Positions 38,195 to 43,367 of a DNA stretch of 43,367 nt are shown here, piece by piece (position 1 is the first letter of the stretch; every line of letters begins with the position of its first letter). The notes under the pieces are model-generated. The model saw nothing but the letters and a program-made list of their open reading frames with translations. It was not told where the DNA came from and did not search any database. The position numbers and the translations under genes were made by a program. The stretch covers positions 1 to 43,367 of the forward strand of contig JAYTXP010000051.1 in the NCBI GenBank assembly GCA_043742885.1. Reading direction: 5' to 3'. The stretch comes from Chitinophagaceae bacterium. Lineage in GTDB: Bacteria > Bacteroidota > Bacteroidia > Chitinophagales > Chitinophagaceae.

Positions 38195-39850
38195 TTAACT
38201 GATAATGCATTTACCATTTTCGAGATAGATCTGCCTGTCGCATCGGCCAATGAATTCAGGATCGTTAGTTACCATTACGATGGTACAACCAGGCAGATCA
38301 TTTAATAGATCCATCAGATCTTTTCGGTGCAGGCCTTCCACATGTGCCCAGGGATCTTCAAGTAATAATAGTCTTGGGGATGCGGCGAGCGCCCGCACAA
38401 GCAGAATTTTCTGGACCACATTTCTTGGTAATTTTTTGCCGGTAGGATCAAGTGGGGTCTCATATCCTTTTGGAAGGGTAGCTATAAATTCCTGCAGACC
38501 GGTTTGCATGACATACTGCTTTACTTTTTCAATGGAAATATGTTCACTGCCCAGCGTAATGTTTTCCCAAATGCTTCCATGGAATATATCCTGAAGATTA
38601 AGTAAGACACCGGTGTTTTCCCGAAGAGTAGAAAGCTCATAATTTCCAACGGGTATATCATCGATCAGGTAAGAGCCTTTGAAATCAGTATATGCGCCGG
38701 CAAGCAAACGGAGCAGGGTCGATTTTCCCGCGCTGTCTTTTCCGGTGATGCAGATCTTCTCTCCGGGAACTGCGCGAAAACTCAGATCATGTAAAACTTC
38801 TTTTTCCTCATCATAACCGAAACTCAGGTTGTTTATTTCAAGTTTCATCCCACGCTGCTCTTTCTTCATTTTTAACCGGCCATCATTTTCAACAGGTTTA
38901 TCTGTTAATGTTCCTAGTTTTTCTACAGCAGTTAGCACATCATATACACTGCTGAGATTGAGAATGAGCTTTTCCACAGAACTGATCACCAGAAGAATTA
39001 CAATTTCTGCAGCAATGAACTGCCCGATATTCAGAGATTGGTTGATCAATAGTATCGTACCTACAATAAGCGTAGCAGCCGTGATCACTATTTTAAATAG
39101 TACCAGCACATTGTATTGAAACAACAGTATAGAAAAATGCCTGTTCCTGGCATCCAGGTATCCTGTAACATAATCATCAGTCTTTCTTAAATGAAGATTA
39201 TTGTTTTTGACCAACTTAATGGACCGGATCACTCTTGCAGTCTCCTGTAACCAACTTGCCACTGCATATTTGTAATTACTTTCTTCAATACTGGTCTGTA
39301 GTCCACGATTTCCACTGAATCGCAAGATCATCCCGATCAACAATAGTAATACAATGCCAAATAAAATGAAGGCTGGATGATAAAGAGACAAGAGCAGAAT
39401 GCCCAGCAGGATCTGAATAGTAGCCGTTGGAATATCAAGCAAAATTTTTGACAAGCCTTTCTGTAAAATAGGGACATCAAAAAAACGATTTACCAGCTCA
39501 GGTAAATAATAATTATCCGTTTTCTTCAGGTCAAGTCGCGGAATATGCGCCGCAAATGCAAATGAATAGCGGACGAAGATCTTCTGCTGTATCTTCTCGA
39601 TCACCTTCATTTGTTTGATCTGTAATAATCCGGCTAATCCCGTACCCAACACGACCGCTGTAATCAGTATGACCAGCGAAGCACGCATGGAGGCGCCAAT
39701 AACAAAATTAATGATGGACTGTACCCCTAATGGAAGGGAGAGAAGAATAAGTCCGTTCAGAATAGCATAAAAATATACGGCCGTGATCTCTTTACGTTCC
39801 AGCCTGAGCAGGTTCCAGATCCTGGCCACGGGTGTTGTGGCGAAAGACAT
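38195..39850 (-). CDS. Type I secretion-like ABC transporter (TMD + NBD) with degenerate NBD motifs
   Basis: TMD with ELVNRFFD and GQFIAAEIVI; Walker A GKDSAGKST; degenerate signature LPRNV, Walker B LLLLED and H-loop VTND. Confidence 0.88.
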   Translation of the reverse strand: MSFATTPVARIWNLLRLERKEITAVYFYAILNGLILLSLPLGVQSIINFVIGASMRASLVILITAVVLGTGLAGLLQIKQMKVIEKIQQKIFVRYSFAFAAHIPRLDLKKTDNYYLPELVNRFFDVPILQKGLSKILLDIPTATIQILLGILLLSLYHPAFILFGIVLLLLIGMILRFSGNRGLQTSIEESNYKYAVASWLQETARVIRSIKLVKNNNLHLRKTDDYVTGYLDARNRHFSILLFQYNVLVLFKIVITAATLIVGTILLINQSLNIGQFIAAEIVILLVISSVEKLILNLSSVYDVLTAVEKLGTLTDKPVENDGRLKMKKEQRGMKLEINNLSFGYDEEKEVLHDLSFRAVPGEKICITGKDSAGKSTLLRLLAGAYTDFKGSYLIDDIPVGNYELSTLRENTGVLLNLQDIFHGSIWENITLGSEHISIEKVKQYVMQTGLQEFIATLPKGYETPLDPTGKKLPRNVVQKILLVRALAASPRLLLLEDPWAHVEGLHRKDLMDLLNDLPGCTIVMVTNDPEFIGRCDRQIYLENGKCIIS

Positions 39851-39924
39851 AAATATTTATTTAATGATAGCGGAAATAAGCGCATCCTGTAAAGAATGGA
39901 CCATTGATCAAAAAGAATAATTGA

Positions 39925-40209
39925 TCAGCTATTATCCGGAGGTAGCCCCGGAATTTCAAGGAAAGGAGAAGGATGCAGAACTTCGCTGCAATGAAAGGCG
40001 GTTTGTACATGTCCGCCCACTATAACTAATTCATACTGGTGATGAGTAACAGAAGAAAATTTCTTGATCTCTGTTTCTGACTTATCGGAACTTTTATCCT
40101 CATCAATGATCAGCACAGAAGCGGAGCCATTGATCCATCCCTCCACAGCTGGGCCTGCCTGCATAAGCAGGAAGATCGAAAATAATATGGAGGCGATAAA
40201 TTTGTACAC
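39925..40209 (-). CDS. Small leader protein with N-terminal hydrophobic segment and C-terminal PGLPP
   Basis: GTG start; hydrophobic N-terminus, acidic patch, several His residues, ends LEIPGLPPDNS; fills the gap directly upstream of the ABC gene. Confidence 0.55.
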   Translation of the reverse strand: MYKFIASILFSIFLLMQAGPAVEGWINGSASVLIIDEDKSSDKSETEIKKFSSVTHHQYELVIVGGHVQTAFHCSEVLHPSPFLEIPGLPPDNS

Positions 40210-40286
40210 GGCGTAAAACTATGATACCAATTAACAGGCCCCAAGCCCGTTAGTTCATTTAATTGTCAAATTTCTAAACAATTGAT

Positions 40287-40532
40287 TCACAATTCTTTAG
40301 AATTATGCGGCAACCGATCATATTCCCCGCGGAAGGCATACCATCCAAAGATCACCAGTCCAATTGCGATAGGAGTGAATATGGCGATGATGATGATCCA
40401 TATCACGGGGTTATTGATATCTTTTTTACCGGCCCGGTCTATATTTTCCAAAGCACCCTGCACCAGTTCAAAGATCACCAGTGGAGCGATCAACAATAAA
40501 AGCAATCCAAAATATCTTCTGATGGCAGCCAT
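40287..40532 (-). CDS. Small two-TM membrane protein (DUF6814-like)
   Basis: Two hydrophobic helices; WIIIIAIFTPIAIGLVIFGWYAFRGEYD; 2 bp downstream of the MFS stop. Confidence 0.7.
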   Translation of the reverse strand: MAAIRRYFGLLLLLIAPLVIFELVQGALENIDRAGKKDINNPVIWIIIIAIFTPIAIGLVIFGWYAFRGEYDRLPHNSKEL

Positions 40533-40534
40533 AG

Positions 40535-42061
40535 TCAGTCATTTATTTTTTTGTCAATACGATTTTCAAGATAGAGCACACCTATTATCAGACAAAGAAA
40601 TGCCACACCTATCGGATACCAGAGCCCCACCAGGGGATCCGCAGGATAGGTGGTAGTAAGCAATACACCAATGAATGGAACAAGTCCGCCAAAAACTCCA
40701 TTGCCAATATGATAAGGTAGTGACATGGAAGTATAACGGATCTTGGTCGGAAACATTTCTACCAGGAAGGCAGCAATGGGTCCATAGACCATGGTCACAT
40801 AAAGTATCAAAAGAAATACAAGTCCTACAAATTTCCAATAAGTGGAGGAAGGCAGTTTTTTATTCGCGTAGGTTATTTTAACACGAGCATCCTGGTATTC
40901 TCTTACTGTAAGGTCCACTGCAAGCGTATCGGCTCTGCTAACATTGGCCACCATACCGTTATCATAGGTAATGATCTTATCTGTACTATAAACTGAATCT
41001 TTTCCCTGGTTGAGTAATTCATTTTTTGATTTGACCAGCTTTTCTTCTTTTATACCCATCAGGTTTGCATCGGTATCATTCAAAAAATTACTGAAGATCG
41101 GTCGGTAGCTAAAAATGGCCAGCAGCAATCCCAGCATCATGATCCATTTTCTTCCTATACGATCACTGAGCCAGCCCCAGAAAATAAAGAAAGGTGTCGC
41201 CAGTGCAATTCCCCAGAGAAGAATAGTACGACTCTGTTCAAAGCCAAGAAAACATTTTGTCTCCAGAAAATTCTGTGCATAAAATTGACCTGTATACCAA
41301 ACCACTCCCTGACCCATTACAGCGCCAAATAGTGCCAGTAATACCAACTTAAAATTTGTTTTATGTCTGAAACTTTCTGCGATCGGATTAACAGAGGTTT
41401 TGCCCGATTTTTTTAATTCCGTAAAGAGCGGCGATTCTTTCATCTTCATCCTTATATAAATGGATATGCCCACTAATAATATGGATATCCAGAAGGGAAT
41501 TCTCCATCCGCCCCATTCTGCATTGAAGAACGAATCACTTGTATTTGATTTTACCAGCAAAATAACTCCCAGCGCAAGAAATAATCCAAGGGTGGCGGTG
41601 GTTTGAATCCAACTTGTATAGAAGCCTCGATTTTTTGGCGAAGAATGTTCGGCTACATAGGTAGCAGCACCTCCATATTCGCCTCCAAGAGCCAATCCCT
41701 GTATTAATCGAAGAACAAGAACAATAATAGGAGCGGCGATGCCAATTGTCTCATGACCAGGGACACAACCAATAAGAAATGTGGAGCCACCCATCAGTAC
41801 CAGTGTAAGCATGAAAGTATGTTTCCTTCCCACCAGGTCTCCCAATCTTCCAAATACCAGAGCACCGAAAGGGCGCACAATAAAACCCGCCGCGAATATG
41901 GCCAGTGTACTCAATAAAGCGGCGGTTGGATTTTCTTTTGGAAAAAATTTAGATGAAAGGGTGGTCGACAACATACCGAAGATGTAGAAATCATACCATT
42001 CGATCATCGTACCCACAGAGGATGCGCCAATGATCGAGGAGATACTGTTGGTTTTGTTCAT
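40535..42061 (-). CDS. MFS transporter, metabolite:H+ symporter (MHS) family
   Basis: GTMIEWYDFYIFG, RPFGALVFGRLGDLVGRK, QGLALGGEYGGA, WRIPF, EMFPTKIRYT. ATG at 42061 preferred. Confidence 0.93.
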   Translation of the reverse strand: MNKTNSISSIIGASSVGTMIEWYDFYIFGMLSTTLSSKFFPKENPTAALLSTLAIFAAGFIVRPFGALVFGRLGDLVGRKHTFMLTLVLMGGSTFLIGCVPGHETIGIAAPIIVLVLRLIQGLALGGEYGGAATYVAEHSSPKNRGFYTSWIQTTATLGLFLALGVILLVKSNTSDSFFNAEWGGWRIPFWISILLVGISIYIRMKMKESPLFTELKKSGKTSVNPIAESFRHKTNFKLVLLALFGAVMGQGVVWYTGQFYAQNFLETKCFLGFEQSRTILLWGIALATPFFIFWGWLSDRIGRKWIMMLGLLLAIFSYRPIFSNFLNDTDANLMGIKEEKLVKSKNELLNQGKDSVYSTDKIITYDNGMVANVSRADTLAVDLTVREYQDARVKITYANKKLPSSTYWKFVGLVFLLILYVTMVYGPIAAFLVEMFPTKIRYTSMSLPYHIGNGVFGGLVPFIGVLLTTTYPADPLVGLWYPIGVAFLCLIIGVLYLENRIDKKIND

Positions 42062-42154
42062 AGGATTAAGATAGGAAATTCTGAAAAAATCCAATGTTTT
42101 CAATATCATTCCCTCAAACCATCCTGTTTCGTACATTTAGCCAAAAGAACGAGA

Positions 42155-43366
42155 ATGCCATATCCCTTTCAGATCACCAGTCTGGATCAGTATCACCAGG
42201 ATTACAAAAAAAGCGTTGAAGACCCCGAATCTTTCTGGGGAAAGGTGGCTGAAAATTTCCAATGGAAGAAAAAATGGGAGAAAGTCCTGAACTGGAATTT
42301 CAAAGAACCAAAAATCGAATGGTTCGCCGGCGGGAAACTAAATATTACGGAAAATTGCATAGACCGTCACCTGGCTGAAATGGGTGAAAAGCCCGCCATC
42401 ATCTGGGAACCTAATAATTCTGAAGAAAGAACACGAATCGTTACTTATAATCGCCTTCATAAAAGGGTTTGTCAGTTTGCGCAGGTATTGCACAACAATG
42501 GAGTAAAAAAAGGGGATCGTATTTGTATTTATATGGGTATGGTTCCTGAACTGGCCTATGCGATTTTGGGTTGCGCAAGAGTAGGTGCTATTCATAGTGT
42601 GATCTTCGGTGGTTTCAGCGCCCAAAGTATTGCCGACAGATTAGATGATGCTCAGGCTGAATATATTGTTACCTGCGATGGCGCTTATCGTGGCGGAAAA
42701 GATATTCCACTAAAATCGGTGATTGATGATGCACTCATAGGGAATAAAAAAATAAAAAGAGTGATCGTCTATACCCGTACGCGAACCCCGGTCTCTATGA
42801 TAAAAGGAAGAGATGTGTGGTGGGAAGATGAAATGGAATATGCCGAAGCCCAGGTAGAAAAACAGGGAATCGTTTCTTTCCCCGCAGAGGAAATGGACGC
42901 GGAAGATCCACTGTTTATATTATATACCTCCGGAAGTACAGGCAAACCTAAAGGAGTAGTGCATAGTTCCGCAGGCTATATGGTATGGGCCACTTATACT
43001 TTTGTCAACGTGTTTCAGTATCAGCTCGGAGAAGTCCATTTCTGTACAGCCGATATTGGCTGGATCACCGGACATAGTTATATTGTGTATGGTCCGCTGA
43101 GTGCCGGTGGTACTTCGCTGATGTTTGAAGGAATTCCTACCTGGCCCGATGCAGGAAGGTTTTGGGAAATTGTAGAAAAATATAAAGTCAATATATTATA
43201 TACAGCACCCACCGCGATCCGTAGCTTAATGGGCTTTGGTGATGATCCGCTGAAGGGAAAGGATCTTTCCTCTCTTCGTATACTTGGCACCGTGGGTGAA
43301 CCGATCAATGAGGAAGCCTGGCATTGGTATGATGAAAAAGTAGGACATAAAAATTGCCCGATCGTA
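42155..43366 (+). CDS. acs: Acetyl-CoA synthetase (acetate--CoA ligase), 3' partial; not in the ORF track
   Basis: Manual translation from ATG 42155: MPYPFQITSLDQYHQDYKKSVEDPESFW...WFAGGKLNITENCIDRHL...GAIHSVIFGGFS...YTSGSTGKPKGVVH...TADIGWITGHSY...LGTVGEPIN; runs off the window. Confidence 0.96.
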   Translation, partial: MPYPFQITSLDQYHQDYKKSVEDPESFWGKVAENFQWKKKWEKVLNWNFKEPKIEWFAGGKLNITENCIDRHLAEMGEKPAIIWEPNNSEERTRIVTYNRLHKRVCQFAQVLHNNGVKKGDRICIYMGMVPELAYAILGCARVGAIHSVIFGGFSAQSIADRLDDAQAEYIVTCDGAYRGGKDIPLKSVIDDALIGNKKIKRVIVYTRTRTPVSMIKGRDVWWEDEMEYAEAQVEKQGIVSFPAEEMDAEDPLFILYTSGSTGKPKGVVHSSAGYMVWATYTFVNVFQYQLGEVHFCTADIGWITGHSYIVYGPLSAGGTSLMFEGIPTWPDAGRFWEIVEKYKVNILYTAPTAIRSLMGFGDDPLKGKDLSSLRILGTVGEPINEEAWHWYDEKVGHKNCPIV

Positions 43367-43367
43367 G

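Noticed and set aside
42338-43308. Minus-strand ORFs of 95 aa and 76 aa
   Set aside because: Antisense to acs, which the ORF track missed because it has no stop inside the window.

Overview
Gene-dense chromosomal window from a Bacteroidota genome, judged from a T9SS cargo protein, a GldA-like ATPase, DUF6089/DUF3857-type genes and a TAnnTTTG promoter element; a Chitinophagaceae-like origin is an inference. About 30 CDS were found, including partial genes at both edges (RND permease on the left; acs on the right, missing from the ORF track). No rRNA, tRNA, CRISPR array, integrase or transposase was seen. Housekeeping genes include an M16 peptidase, a 2-oxoacid:acceptor oxidoreductase alpha subunit, nth, an ftsB-like gene, eno, nhaD, a beta carbonic anhydrase, an MFS transporter and acs. 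The standout region is a six-gene block at 13462-26463: (1) an HD phosphohydrolase fused to a Pycsar-effector-like (DUF5706/PycTM) membrane domain; (2) a lipoprotein with two SdiA-regulated/YjiK-like beta-propellers; (3) a 4-TM class III nucleotidyl cyclase with non-canonical base-specificity residues; (4) an Omp85-type barrel protein carrying a purple-acid-phosphatase domain and a Fam20/CotH/PI4K-like kinase domain; (5) a divergently transcribed kinase-only paralog; (6) a GAF protein whose C-terminal half appears to be a cryptic, divergent class III cyclase. Together they look like a trans-envelope phospho- and cyclic-nucleotide signalling system. All family calls come from reading motifs by eye; no database searches were run.
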